Below, in pieces: positions 25,815 to 34,868 of a DNA stretch of 64,000 nucleotides. Position 1 is the stretch's first letter. The number at the start of each line of letters is the position of its first letter. The translations under genes and the position numbers were made by a program. The DNA lies in the NCBI GenBank assembly GCA_041554135.1, contig JBFFML010000004.1:37340-101339 (forward strand), written 5' to 3'. The notes below the pieces were generated by a model, which worked only from the letters and a program-made list of their open reading frames with translations, was not told where the DNA came from and made no database searches. The DNA comes from Thermoplasmata archaeon (GTDB lineage Archaea; Thermoplasmatota; Thermoplasmata; UBA10834).

Positions 25815-26315
25815 TCAAACCGTCTCTTGGTCTATGAGCCAAAGCCGGTCGCCGACGTGGTGCAACGACGAGACGACCTTGCCCTTCGGCTTCCTGGCCA
25901 TATCGCTCGCAGAGACCGACGCCCTGCCCACGGCCAGCGGCCGGAGGTTCTTCTCGTCCCGGATCCACACGAAGTCGCCGACGGCGACTTCCGAGTCGAC
26001 ATCCACGACGCCGGGTCCCATTATGTCCGCGCCGTTGGCGACGAACGGGACGGCCCCCATGTCCACGGTCACGAATCTCTTCTTGGCGCCGTACTCGAGT
26101 ATGCCGCGCACGGTGAGGAAGGGCTCGTCGCCCGAGACGATTGCCAGCAAGGCCCCGTTCACGAAGAGTATGTCGAAGTCGGGTGTCTCCGCCATGTCGA
26201 CCGTGTCGCCCACATCGAAGGTGGTCGTGCCGAGGACCTCGTCGAGCCTGGACGACAGATTCTCGATCTCCTTCTGACGTAGCCTGTGTCTCTTCCGGAC
26301 CCTCAGCGCGGGCAT
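25815..26315 (-). CDS. PUA-domain RNA-binding protein (MCT-1/Tma20-like archaeal type)
   Basis: ATG at 26315 inside track ORF 25815..27080 (MPALRVRKRH...). The PUA-like C-terminus is FVTVDMGAVPFVANGADIMGPGVV...GDFVWIRDEKNLRPLAVGRA. The start shares one nucleotide with the upstream TPR gene's stop (TGATG). Confidence 0.7.
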   Translation of the reverse strand: MPALRVRKRHRLRQKEIENLSSRLDEVLGTTTFDVGDTVDMAETPDFDILFVNGALLAIVSGDEPFLTVRGILEYGAKKRFVTVDMGAVPFVANGADIMGPGVVDVDSEVAVGDFVWIRDEKNLRPLAVGRASVSASDMARKPKGKVVSSLHHVGDRLWLIDQETV

Positions 26316-28429
26316 CAGCGTCCCCCTCCTTCGACCAGGTTCCCGCAGGCCGAGCATCGCACCAGCAGCCTGTTCGCCTGGGACCGCGCCTCCCCGGCCT
26401 TCTCCGCCATCCCGAGCGCCTCGTAGGCGTCCGACAATATCTCGAACGGCTCCCAGTCGAGCTCGTCGCTGCCGATCGCCGTCTCGGCGGCCTCGATCGC
26501 CTCCCGATGCGCGCCCTTCTGGAGGAACGCCCTGGCGATGCGGACCGTCGCGAAGTGGTCGCTCGGCCACTTCTCGAGCACCTCCTCGAGCGCGTCGACG
26601 CGATGGGGCTCCCCGGCTGCGCACAGCCGTATCTCCGCAGCCAACCGTTCGCGCTCTGGCTCCGGCGACCTGGACGCGACCTGCCGCGCGGGTTCCACCG
26701 CGCCCAACAGCGTGTGCGCCCTGACGAGGAGCAGCCTGCTCGACGGAGTGAGCTCCCCGAGATCGCGCGCCGACAGCAGGTCGACGACCTCCTGCCACCG
26801 CCCGCGAGCAGCCATGAACTCCGCGTATGCTACGACGGCGGCCGAGGCCGTGCACGCAGCAGCGGCGACAGTCAGCTCCTGAGGGGGAGCATCCATCCCC
26901 GAGATCCTGCAGATGCGGAAGGCGAGAGGAAGCACGGTGATGTCGGGATGCGGCGACGTGACTGCGAGGACGGCGGACGCTATCGCGTCGGAGTAACGGC
27001 CCATGCGCGCGAGCGCCTCGCACCGTATGCGCCAGGGGTCCCCGTCGGAAGGCGCGGAGACCATCGCGTCGTCCGCGCATCTCAGTGCGCGGGTGTAGGA
27101 CTGCTCCGCACCGACGCCGTCGCCGACCGCGATGAGCAGGTCACCCCTGTCTATCCAGGCCTCGCAGAGGTCCGGGTTGAGCGTGAGGGCACGGTCGATC
27201 GACGACAGAGCGTCATCCATCCTCCCCAGCTGCCTCGCGACGGCCGACCTGGCCTTCCAGGCCTCGTCGTAGGACGGGTTTATGTCCAGCGACTCGAGCA
27301 GCAGGTCATATCCCTCCTCCACCTCGCCTATGGCCGCCTTGCACACGCCCTTCGCGTACAGCGCGTAGTCGAAGTCCGGACGGATCTCCAGCGAACGGTC
27401 GTGGAAGGGCAACGCGTCCCGGTATATGCCCATCTTCTCGAGTGCGTTGCCGATGTTGTTCCACGCGATCTCGTAGTCGGGGTCGACGGTTATGGCCGCG
27501 ACGAAGCTCGGTATGGACTCCGCGTATCTGCCGAGGTTGTAGAGCGCGTTGCCGTGGTTGTTCAGCAGCACGCGGTCGTTCTCGTCTATCTTCAGGGCCT
27601 CGCGGTAACAGTCCACGGCCTCCTCCAGCCGGTCCACGCCATGCAGCGCGTAACCCTTGTTGTACCACGCGTGCTTGTAGTATGGGTCGATCTCGATCGA
27701 CCTGTCGAAAGCGGCCAACGCCCGGTCGACCTTCCCGGCGTTGAAACAGGCGTAGCCGAAGTTGTTCCATATCTGGGAATCGTCGTTGTCCAGCTTGAGC
27801 GCGCGCTCGAAATGAGATATTGCCTCCTCGAATCGCCCCATCTCCTGTCTCACGCCCCCGAGATGGGAGTGGCCTTCGGCGTCGTCAGGATGGAGGGCGA
27901 TGTACTCCTCGCAGCACTGGGCGGCCTTATCGCCGAGCTCGATGGCCATGTACAGATCGGCCCGCACGAGAAGATGCGAATCGTCACTCGCGGGGGGGAT
28001 CATGGCGATGGCCGCGCTCGCCCGCCTCCTGTTGCCGAGCTCGGAATGCGACTCGGCCATGCCGATCAGGTTCTCCGCCCTCTCGGGGTTCAGCGTCGCG
28101 GCCTTAGAATACGCCTTCGCGGCACCCCTGTAGTCCCCCTGCGCGAACAGGCAATTGCCCAGATTATGCCATGCCAGCTCGTAGTCGTCCGAAAGCGAGA
28201 GCGCTTTCCTGTAGCAGGCCTCGGCGGCCTCCCTCTTCCCCAGGGCGTCCAAGGCCGCGCCTTTGTTGTTCAACGCCACGACGTTGTCGATCTCCTTGGA
28301 CAACACTTCGTTCAGCAGGGCGAGGGCGCCCTCGTAGTCCTCATCGTCGTACGCCCTGTTCGCCCTAGCGAACAGGTCCGCGGTCTTCGGCCTCTGTCCG
28401 GGTGCGCTCTCGAGTGTGACTTCTGTCAA
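26315..28429 (-). CDS. Large TPR-repeat protein (704 aa)
   Basis: More than 10 consecutive 34-aa TPR units, for example ACYRKALSLSDDYELAWHNLGNCL, HFERALKLDNDDSQIWNNFGYAC and AFDRSIEIDPYYKHAWYNKGYAL. Confidence 0.8.
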   Translation of the reverse strand: MTEVTLESAPGQRPKTADLFARANRAYDDEDYEGALALLNEVLSKEIDNVVALNNKGAALDALGKREAAEACYRKALSLSDDYELAWHNLGNCLFAQGDYRGAAKAYSKAATLNPERAENLIGMAESHSELGNRRRASAAIAMIPPASDDSHLLVRADLYMAIELGDKAAQCCEEYIALHPDDAEGHSHLGGVRQEMGRFEEAISHFERALKLDNDDSQIWNNFGYACFNAGKVDRALAAFDRSIEIDPYYKHAWYNKGYALHGVDRLEEAVDCYREALKIDENDRVLLNNHGNALYNLGRYAESIPSFVAAITVDPDYEIAWNNIGNALEKMGIYRDALPFHDRSLEIRPDFDYALYAKGVCKAAIGEVEEGYDLLLESLDINPSYDEAWKARSAVARQLGRMDDALSSIDRALTLNPDLCEAWIDRGDLLIAVGDGVGAEQSYTRALRCADDAMVSAPSDGDPWRIRCEALARMGRYSDAIASAVLAVTSPHPDITVLPLAFRICRISGMDAPPQELTVAAAACTASAAVVAYAEFMAARGRWQEVVDLLSARDLGELTPSSRLLLVRAHTLLGAVEPARQVASRSPEPERERLAAEIRLCAAGEPHRVDALEEVLEKWPSDHFATVRIARAFLQKGAHREAIEAAETAIGSDELDWEPFEILSDAYEALGMAEKAGEARSQANRLLVRCSACGNLVEGGGR

Positions 28430-28575
28430 TCGACCGTTCCATGCCTCCGGGAGTAGATATTATTTTTGAATGTGATGTCGGGACGGCGACCCGAGCGACC
28501 CGCTCCTGAGGCCTTCATATATACCCCAAACCTTATATTTATCGTAGGTGGTAATCGCCTGGGAAGTGCCTCGAT

Positions 28576-29358
28576 ATGCTGGTTCTGTTCAGCGCGTCCC
28601 CGAAGTCGATGATAACGGCGTACATAGCCAGCAGGATACACCACGCCAAACCGGTGGAGAAGGCGCCGAACCAGAAGTTCTTCTTCGAGGACGTGCTCGA
28701 CGCGGACACGCTCGATTATGACGCCCTATACTCAGAGTTCAGGGAGCGCCACGGGGGCCTCGACTTCCTGGAGAACCCGAAACTCTTCGAGATACTCGAG
28801 GACGAGATGTTCTGGGCGTCGAGGTTCAACGCGAGAGACCGCCTTCAGCTGATATTCAGCGTCCTGGAGCTGATCGAGAGGAAGGGCACTAAAGCCTATC
28901 TGTCGCAGGACACGCCGGAGGCGAAGGAGATGAAGGACCGCGTCAGGAGGGTGACGGCCGAGTTCCGAAGGGCGAGGGACTTCCTCTCGTTCGCGGAGGA
29001 CGCCGACAACAAGGCCATAATCGGGAGGGGGTCCTTCGAACACAGGATACTGGACCTCGTCCTCAGGCACTTCGCGAGGAGGAGGCCGGGCTATGCCGTG
29101 GCCATACTGGACGAGGAGCACGCGCACATATGCGTGAACGACGAGATATTGATCGAGCCTGTCGCCAAGTTCCCCCGGAGGAAGGGGCGGAAGGACGCGA
29201 AGAGGTTCTGGCTCCTGCACTCGGACATGAAGTACGTGAGCGCGAGGAGAGACCCTGACTACGCCGCGGGCGACCTGCCCGGCAACTACTGGAAATGGAT
29301 CTCCGAGGGCACTGGGGGCGCGACGAGGACCGGCGCCCGCACGCTGGATGATTTCTGA
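28576..29358 (+). CDS. DUF4130-like protein (probable DNA-metabolism protein family usually linked to a radical-SAM partner)
   Basis: The C-terminal pattern FEHRILDLVLRHFARRRPGYAVAILDEEH resembles the DUF4130/TIGR03915-type family as I remember it. This is a weak call. Confidence 0.4.
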   Translation: MLVLFSASPKSMITAYIASRIHHAKPVEKAPNQKFFFEDVLDADTLDYDALYSEFRERHGGLDFLENPKLFEILEDEMFWASRFNARDRLQLIFSVLELIERKGTKAYLSQDTPEAKEMKDRVRRVTAEFRRARDFLSFAEDADNKAIIGRGSFEHRILDLVLRHFARRRPGYAVAILDEEHAHICVNDEILIEPVAKFPRRKGRKDAKRFWLLHSDMKYVSARRDPDYAAGDLPGNYWKWISEGTGGATRTGARTLDDF

Positions 29359-29463
29359 CGGGCCGTCCGGCCTCGGGCGGACACGGAACCGTCCATCCGT
29401 GCACACAGTTGGCGGAGGCCCGGGGAAGGTTCGTTCCCAAACCTGATAAGCAGGCCAGGTAAG

Positions 29464-29471
29464 TTTATAAA
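29464..29471 (+). promoter_or_regulatory. Candidate TATA box (tttataaa) upstream of the kinase/regulator pair
   Basis: Lies about 50 nt upstream of TTG 29518. A ggag Shine-Dalgarno-like motif sits at about 29506-29509. Confidence 0.35.
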
Positions 29472-29517
29472 GCCACCATCATGTTAGTATTGCGGGCATC
29501 AAATAGGAGCAGCTGTC

Positions 29518-30234
29518 TTGAGCGATTCCGAGCATGGCTGGGACTCGAGTGACGACCTCCCAGCGTACATGGACCTCCTGAGTCACGATATTCTCAACAT
29601 GAACCAGACCGTTCTGAGCTGCATCGACCTCATGACGGCCAGCCAGCGGCTGGACGACCGTTCCAAGAAGCACGCGCTCAGGGCCACATCGCAGATGAGG
29701 GTCTCCTCCCAGATATTCGAGAGCATAAAGACGCTCTGTCTCGTCCGGAAGGGAGATCAATCGCTTCTCGAGACCGTCGATCTGGAGGCCGAGGTCGCGA
29801 GGGCGGGGCAGGCGCTCACCAGCACGCTCCCCGACAAGGAACTGCACGTGACGGTCGAGAAGGTCGGAGAGAGGGCCATGGTCCCTGGCGGCCAGATGGT
29901 GTATCACGCCCTGCTGAACGCGCTCACCAACATCGCCCAGCTCGACTCGGCCGAGCGCGTCGACATCGATGTCGACGTCGGACCTGTCGAAGGCCGCGAC
30001 GCTGGCGCCTGGAGGGTCCGCATATCGGATGCCAAGGCTGCGATGCCCGAATCGTTCGACCCGGAATCGCTGAGAGCGGACTTGGCGGCGTCGAGGAGCA
30101 GGGTCGTGCGCGTGGCCGGGTTGCTGCTCTCGAAGATGATGGTGGAGAAGCTCGGAGGCTCCGTCGAAGTGGAGTCGTCCGACGGGGATGGATGCGCGTT
30201 CGTGCTCACGCTCAAGGAGGAACTGCCCCAATGA
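29518..30234 (+). CDS. Histidine kinase core without a recognisable sensor domain
   Basis: H-box LLSHDILN lies about 20 aa from the N-terminus. N-box is LLNALTNIAQ and the G-box region is VEKLGGSVEVESSDGDGCAFVLTL. TTG start. Confidence 0.65.
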   Translation: MSDSEHGWDSSDDLPAYMDLLSHDILNMNQTVLSCIDLMTASQRLDDRSKKHALRATSQMRVSSQIFESIKTLCLVRKGDQSLLETVDLEAEVARAGQALTSTLPDKELHVTVEKVGERAMVPGGQMVYHALLNALTNIAQLDSAERVDIDVDVGPVEGRDAGAWRVRISDAKAAMPESFDPESLRADLAASRSRVVRVAGLLLSKMMVEKLGGSVEVESSDGDGCAFVLTLKEELPQ

Positions 30235-30593
30235 CAAGCGTACTGATCGTGGATGACGAACTGTTCATCGTCGAATTGTACAGGGACATCCTGCAGCTCA
30301 GAGGATACAGGGTGGTCGGCATGGCCTTTGACGGCGAGGAGGCCGTCAAGAAGTACAACGCCTCGCAGGACAAGCCGGACGTCGTGATAATGGACCACAG
30401 GATGCCTGTGATGAACGGTGTCGAGGCGACGAAGGAGATAATGCGGCTGAACCCCCATCAGAAGATCATATTCGTCAGCGCTGACATCCTTGTGGAGAAG
30501 GAGGCCAGAGAGGCCGGCGCGAGCGAGTTCCTGCCCAAGCCGTTCAGGATGGACGACCTGATCGACCGCATGATGAAGTCGGCGTCGCGATGA
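30231..30593 (+). CDS. Stand-alone response-regulator receiver (CheY-like)
   Basis: ATG at 30231 overlaps the kinase stop (ATGA). Motifs VLIVDDE, DVVIMDHRMPVMNG, IFVSA and KPF. Confidence 0.85.
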   Translation: MTSVLIVDDELFIVELYRDILQLRGYRVVGMAFDGEEAVKKYNASQDKPDVVIMDHRMPVMNGVEATKEIMRLNPHQKIIFVSADILVEKEAREAGASEFLPKPFRMDDLIDRMMKSASR

Positions 30594-30701
30594 GGCTCCT
30601 CGCCAGTAGCGCGCTGGCGCCTGTGGACACAAATTAGGCGGGACGACAGATAGGGATAAGTTGAAGTCGAGACCTATCATATCGGGACGAAGGTATCTGC
30701 A

Positions 30702-31769
30702 TTGACGACGGACAGCTTCACCAAGGCAAAGACGATGCAATTCCCCAGACAGGTCCACGCGGGGCATGACGTCATCCAAGAGATAGGGCGTATGTGCAAG
30801 GACTTCGAGCTCGAGGGCACGACGTTGCTCGTCACCGGACCGACCACGGGCGGCCTGGCAGCCAACCAGATATCCGACATACTCACGGAGAGCGGCTACG
30901 ACGTGCATGTCATAACCGTTGGCGAGGCGTCCAGGGACAACCTCGTCAAGGTCGAGGAGATGTCCAAGGAGGTCGGCGCGTCGTTCCTCATCGGCGTCGG
31001 CGGTGGCAGCAAGATAGACCTCGCGAAGCTGGCCTCGGGCAACCTCAACATGCCGTTCCTTAGCGTGCCAACTTCCGCGGCCCACGACGGCATCGCCAGC
31101 CCCCGCGCCTCCATAAAGGACGGCGGGAACTCGCTGTCGTTGAACGCGAGCGTGCCCCTCGGCGTCGTGGCGGACACGGCGCTCATAGTGAAGGCCCCTT
31201 ACAGGCTGCTCGCCTCAGGGTGCGCCGACGTCATCTCCAACACGACAGCTATCATGGACTGGGAGCTCGCCGAGCGGCTCAGAGGTGAGTTCTTCAGCTC
31301 CAGCGCGGCCAACCTCGCCAAGTACGCGGCGGAGTCGATCATCCAGAACGCGACCGCCATAAAGCCCAACCTCGAGGAGAGCGTCTGGATCGCCATCAGG
31401 CCGATAATCATCTCAGGCATATCCATGGCGGTGGCGAGCTCGTCCCGCCCAACGAGCGGTTCGGAGCACATGTTCTCCCACGTTCTCGATAAAACCGCGC
31501 CAGGCAAGGCTCTCCACGGGGAGCAGTGCGGCGTCGGCTCAATCATGATGATGTATCTCCACGGAGGAGGGTGGGAGAGGATACGCGACGCGCTGCGCCT
31601 GATAGGCGCCCCCACGAACGCTGAGGAGCTGGGAGTGGCGCCTCAGCAGGTCGTGGATGCGATGGTCCACGCCAACGAGATAAGGAAGGACCGGTACACC
31701 ATCCTGGGAGACAGAGGCCTGACGCCCGAAGCAGCTGAACGCCTGGCGAGAATCACCGGCGTGATATGA
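30702..31769 (+). CDS. egsA: Glycerol-1-phosphate dehydrogenase [NAD(P)+] (archaeal lipid backbone synthesis)
   Basis: Motifs GVGGGSKIDLAK, SVPTSAAHDGIASP, GSEHMFSH and HGEQCG. TTG at 30702, with an alternative ATG at 30735 (MQFPRQV). Confidence 0.85.
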   Translation: MTTDSFTKAKTMQFPRQVHAGHDVIQEIGRMCKDFELEGTTLLVTGPTTGGLAANQISDILTESGYDVHVITVGEASRDNLVKVEEMSKEVGASFLIGVGGGSKIDLAKLASGNLNMPFLSVPTSAAHDGIASPRASIKDGGNSLSLNASVPLGVVADTALIVKAPYRLLASGCADVISNTTAIMDWELAERLRGEFFSSSAANLAKYAAESIIQNATAIKPNLEESVWIAIRPIIISGISMAVASSSRPTSGSEHMFSHVLDKTAPGKALHGEQCGVGSIMMMYLHGGGWERIRDALRLIGAPTNAEELGVAPQQVVDAMVHANEIRKDRYTILGDRGLTPEAAERLARITGVI

Positions 31770-31787
31770 GTATGCTGCGAAGAAGGG

Positions 31788-32225
31788 GTGTTTGTGATGG
31801 TGTTGGTCACGGTCGTCGGCAAGCTGCAATGCAAGGAAGGATTCGAGTTCGTGTTCGGAGGGCCTCTCGCGGAGTGCAGAGACTGCAAGGTTAGGAACGT
31901 CTGCTTCCATCTCGAGGAGAACAAACGATACCGCGTGAAGGCGATAAGGGAAGTGAGCCACGACTGCAAGATCCACGAGGAAGGCGTCAGGGTTGTCGAG
32001 GTCGAGAAGGTGCCCATACGCGCCGCGATCCCGGCAAAGGCCGCGCTCGAAGGGGCGATGCTGACCTACGAGGACATGGAATGCGGCGACCTCTCATGCC
32101 CGAATCACGAGCTGTGCAGGCCGCGCGGGACCGTCACGGGCATGCGGTTCAAGATCATCTCGACGGAGAGCGCAAAGGTCGAGTGCCGCCGAGGCATGGA
32201 CCTCCGGACGGCATTTCTGGAATAG
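31788..32225 (+). CDS. UPF0179-family conserved archaeal protein
   Basis: VTVVGKLQCKEGFEFVFGGPLAECRDCKVRNVCFHLEENKRYRV matches my recollection of the UPF0179 N-terminal pattern. The start is ambiguous (GTG 31788, GTG 31794 or ATG 31797). Confidence 0.55.
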   Translation: MFVMVLVTVVGKLQCKEGFEFVFGGPLAECRDCKVRNVCFHLEENKRYRVKAIREVSHDCKIHEEGVRVVEVEKVPIRAAIPAKAALEGAMLTYEDMECGDLSCPNHELCRPRGTVTGMRFKIISTESAKVECRRGMDLRTAFLE

Positions 32226-32253
32226 ACACCTCAGACGGCGGCTTCAAGGGCGG

Positions 32254-34038
32254 TCAACGCGCGCCGTCGGAACGCTTGTGCGCGCGCGAGGACCTAATGA
32301 GGACGCCGAACAACAACAGAAGCATCGCCACCGGGAGGAGCGCTCCGCCGAACTCGGGGATCACCTCGTGATCCACTGTCACCACGACCTCGTCGGTGTC
32401 GGAGTTGCCGGAGGGGTCAAGCACAGTCAACGTGACGGTGTACACACCTTCCGTCCAGAACACGAAATGAGGCGTCTCGCCATATAGTTCGACCGTCGAG
32501 CCGTTGTAGACGAACGACCAAGTCATGTTCGCTATCCCGACATCGTCCGAGGAGCCAGAGCCGTCGAACGACACGAGCCAGCCCAGAGGCACGGTTATGT
32601 CTGAGCCCGCATCGGCCACGGGAGGCGTCGCATCGACGAGGACCAAGAACGAATGCGCCTCGTACGGCGCGTATCTCGGAGACATGAGCTCGACCCCGGA
32701 GACGTCGCGTGCTACGATGTAGTAGTCAATCACGGACCCTGGAGGCTGAGAGGGGATCGAAGCCGTGTAAGTATCGTTCTCCGCGCCCTTGGCCATGGTC
32801 ACCTCGTGCCATGCCCCGCCGTCCACGCTGTACCTGAGCTCCGTTGCTGATTCGTCCAGACCTCTCGCTGCAGTGATATTGGCCAGCGCTTCGCGGTCGT
32901 GTCCCGTGTAAAGCTCGTCCTGCAAAGGCTCGTGCTGAATCTCGAACTGCCGTTCCTCCCTGTCGCCGGCGATCTCAATCAGGAGAAGCGCGGGGGGTAT
33001 GTTCTCAGCAATAAGCCCCAGGACGGCGTCCTCCTGGTCCGGGTGGAACCCATCTTGTGACCCACCCACCTCGAACAGGAACGCATAGATGTCGACGCCG
33101 CCGTAGAGCCAGTCGAGCGAGTCACCTGTTGTCGGGTACAAGCCGACCGACTGGTCGGCAGTGTAGCCGTTGAGCGCCGCGAGGCTGTTGCCAATGCGCA
33201 CGAGGTCGTCGTTGTCTGGTGGGGCATCCTCCGTGTAGCCCCAGGGCCACATGACGAGGTCGGAGTACGTGTGGAAGTCGATGGCGACGGTGAAGCTGTG
33301 ATTGAGCGCGAGATCTCTTATGGCCTGCGTCTCAGGTTCAGAGAAGGGATACTCGCCACAGTAGGTGGAGTCGGACGTGACATTAGACGTTCCCGCGCCG
33401 CCCCAAGCGCCTAGGGGATCGCCGTTCTCCGAGCCGTTATAGTTCCTGTTGAGGTCGACCCCGAACGTGCCGTCACCGTTGTCCCTCCTGTTCTTACGCC
33501 AGTATTCATCGACGTTCAGAGCGAAATCCAGACCGTCCGGGTTGACGACCGGCACGATCCATATCTCCCGATTATCGACCAGCCAGCTGATCCTAGCATC
33601 CGAACCGTAAAGGTCGGTCAAGTTCTCCACGAGTTGCATGGTTATCTCAGAACCTGGCCACTCCCGGGCATGGTGAAGGGACATGATGAGGATCTCAGGC
33701 TCATCCTCATCCACCTCCACATTGTCAGAGATCTTCACTGCGAGTATGTCGCGTTCGGCAATCCCCTGCGTCGTCTCCCAGCTATCCCCGATATCGAATA
33801 CACTTGATATGTCGGGGTGGTCTGCTTCGGTAGCGTAGAGCGTGTCCCTTATCGTCGGATAGTCCCTGTACGCGTATGAGGCAGGAGGCGCCGCAATGGT
33901 CGAACCCCCATAGGCGTCAGGCTCGACCCATCCGTCCGTCGGCTCATACGATGCGGAGTGGCCGCTGGGCAGGGTGAGCACTGTGAGGACTAACAGCGCG
34001 AATATGGGAACGCCAAGAGCCTTCTTCACCTTCTCCAC
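32254..34038 (-). CDS. Secreted M14 zinc carboxypeptidase with PKD-like domain and PEF-CTERM-like anchor
   Basis: N-terminal signal-like helix ALGVPIFALLVLTVLTL. Motifs HHAREW, VNPDG and DFHTYS. PKD-like FDGSGSSDDVGIANMTWSF...YTVTLTVLDPSGNSDTDEVVVTV. C-terminus IPEFGGALLPVAMLLLLFGVLIRSSRAHKR. Confidence 0.8.
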   Translation of the reverse strand: MEKVKKALGVPIFALLVLTVLTLPSGHSASYEPTDGWVEPDAYGGSTIAAPPASYAYRDYPTIRDTLYATEADHPDISSVFDIGDSWETTQGIAERDILAVKISDNVEVDEDEPEILIMSLHHAREWPGSEITMQLVENLTDLYGSDARISWLVDNREIWIVPVVNPDGLDFALNVDEYWRKNRRDNGDGTFGVDLNRNYNGSENGDPLGAWGGAGTSNVTSDSTYCGEYPFSEPETQAIRDLALNHSFTVAIDFHTYSDLVMWPWGYTEDAPPDNDDLVRIGNSLAALNGYTADQSVGLYPTTGDSLDWLYGGVDIYAFLFEVGGSQDGFHPDQEDAVLGLIAENIPPALLLIEIAGDREERQFEIQHEPLQDELYTGHDREALANITAARGLDESATELRYSVDGGAWHEVTMAKGAENDTYTASIPSQPPGSVIDYYIVARDVSGVELMSPRYAPYEAHSFLVLVDATPPVADAGSDITVPLGWLVSFDGSGSSDDVGIANMTWSFVYNGSTVELYGETPHFVFWTEGVYTVTLTVLDPSGNSDTDEVVVTVDHEVIPEFGGALLPVAMLLLLFGVLIRSSRAHKRSDGAR

Positions 34039-34153
34039 CTACGGTCGCCAGCGATCATCAGTTGCGGTGACTACCGGCCTGACAATGTCTCAGGTCAGTC
34101 CGCCTATGATGACGCATCTATATACCGATTTTCCAGAACGTGGTATCGCACGG

Positions 34154-34399
34154 TCATCCGCCGCTCACAGGCGGGAGGAACGAAACCTCATCCTGATCCT
34201 TCAATACCAGGCTGGGTGGGCCGTATTCCTTGTTCACGGACAGGATGATGTGGTCTCTGTACTTTGCGATACTCGGAAATCGCTCCACATACTGATCGAG
34301 GAGCATCTTTACCGTCGTGCCCTCACTCAGCTCGAGTTCCTCTTCCTTGCTACCGACGATCTCTCTGAACGATGCGAACAGCTTCACGCGGACCTTCAT
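34154..34399 (-). CDS. MoaD/ThiS-family ubiquitin-like small protein (SAMP-like), C-terminal GG
   Basis: 81 aa. MKVRVKLFASFREIVG...VSFLPPVSGG matches the typical beta-grasp MoaD pattern and ends in a diglycine. Confidence 0.75.
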   Translation of the reverse strand: MKVRVKLFASFREIVGSKEEELELSEGTTVKMLLDQYVERFPSIAKYRDHIILSVNKEYGPPSLVLKDQDEVSFLPPVSGG

Positions 34400-34868
34400 G
34401 TCCTTCGGGCCTCTCTAGCAACACCATTATGATTGTCTGGTATTCAAAACCTATCAGTTATGGGCGCGAATGGGCGTGCAGACACTCTTCGCCGCTGTGT
34501 CTTCATGCGCGATAGTTGTCGGCGTTAACCTGAAGGCCTGAGCGAACCCACGGCAATTGGAACCATACTGAAGAGATCATAGCGACTGGCCACCCTGATT
34601 GATAATTAATCAGATAACAGATATGATAAGGATATCCCTGATTTCCTATGGAGAGTGAGGCGAATGTATTATCAGATTATGTCTGAAAAGCTCTTTTAGA
34701 CAAACATCACAATGAGGCATGCTACGCTCAACAACAAAGCTTTTCGCATTCGACACGGCCAGAGGAGGCAGGCTCCGAAGCTGTGGAAGATGGTGTGGAT
34801 ACACCATCGACCGATGCGATGGCGATGAGCATGATCAAGCTCGCCAGACAGATGATAGAGGGGGATAA

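Noticed and set aside
26141-28456. 771-aa plus-strand ORF
   Set aside because: It is antisense to the TPR gene, whose 34-aa repeats are clear. The composition is Arg/Pro/Val/Gly-rich with no recognisable domain.
29904-31085. 393-aa minus-strand ORF
   Set aside because: It is antisense to three real genes (kinase, receiver and egsA) and crosses their boundaries.
34400-34868. Cobalamin riboswitch or small ORF upstream of the B12-type RNR
   Set aside because: I could not recognise a conserved B12-box core or a convincing multi-stem structure by eye. The candidate peptides (22-38 aa) have no supporting features. I kept only the phased GATAA observation.
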